Origin: Octopus vulgaris
Lineage: Eukaryota
Direction: 5' to 3'
Length of the DNA stretch: 64,000 nucleotides
NCBI GenBank assembly: GCA_951406725.2
Contig: OX597817.1
Span: 165,664,001 to 165,728,000 of the forward strand
The first letter of the stretch is position 1; each line of letters opens with the position of its first letter. Shown here piece by piece: positions 63,968-64,000 of the stretch. A program made the position numbers and the translations under genes. The notes below the pieces were generated by a model. That model was not told the DNA's origin, searched no databases, and saw nothing but the letters and a program-made list of their open reading frames with translations.

Positions 63968-64000
63968 ATATATATATACACATATATACATACACATATA

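Overview
AT-rich eukaryotic DNA saturated with microsatellites. The SINE/LINE repertoire looks like a coleoid cephalopod, probably Octopus; this is recognition from memory and was not database-checked. Nearly all ORFs in the supplied track are translations of simple repeats or SINEs. Supportable content: (1) a near-intact, 5'-truncated CR1-group LINE (about 24695-28201) with a CCCH-finger ORF1 remnant and an APE-endonuclease+RT ORF2 broken by one frameshift; (2) degraded RTE-clade LINEs, one with a PHD finger inside ORF2 and one with three C-terminal C2H2 fingers; (3) a 3' fragment of an RLE-type retroelement whose 5' junction is amplified as a 14 x 60-bp array; (4) at least four tRNA-derived SINE families that nest in each other and swap 3' tails, one tail shared with the LINE; (5) about a dozen minimal hammerhead-ribozyme motifs in Penelope-like fragments, one with a compensatory U3-A8 core; (6) Tc1/mariner remnants, a pogo-like MITE and Helentron-like elements; (7) a 5S rRNA pseudogene; (8) several foldback structures, including a hairpin of about 315 nt; (9) one probable host terminal coding exon (58967-59445, minus) and a YY1+ETS promoter-like site at about 45.4 kb with candidate downstream exons. 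SINE family labels A-D are my own working names. Repeat boundaries are approximate to about 10-20 bp.
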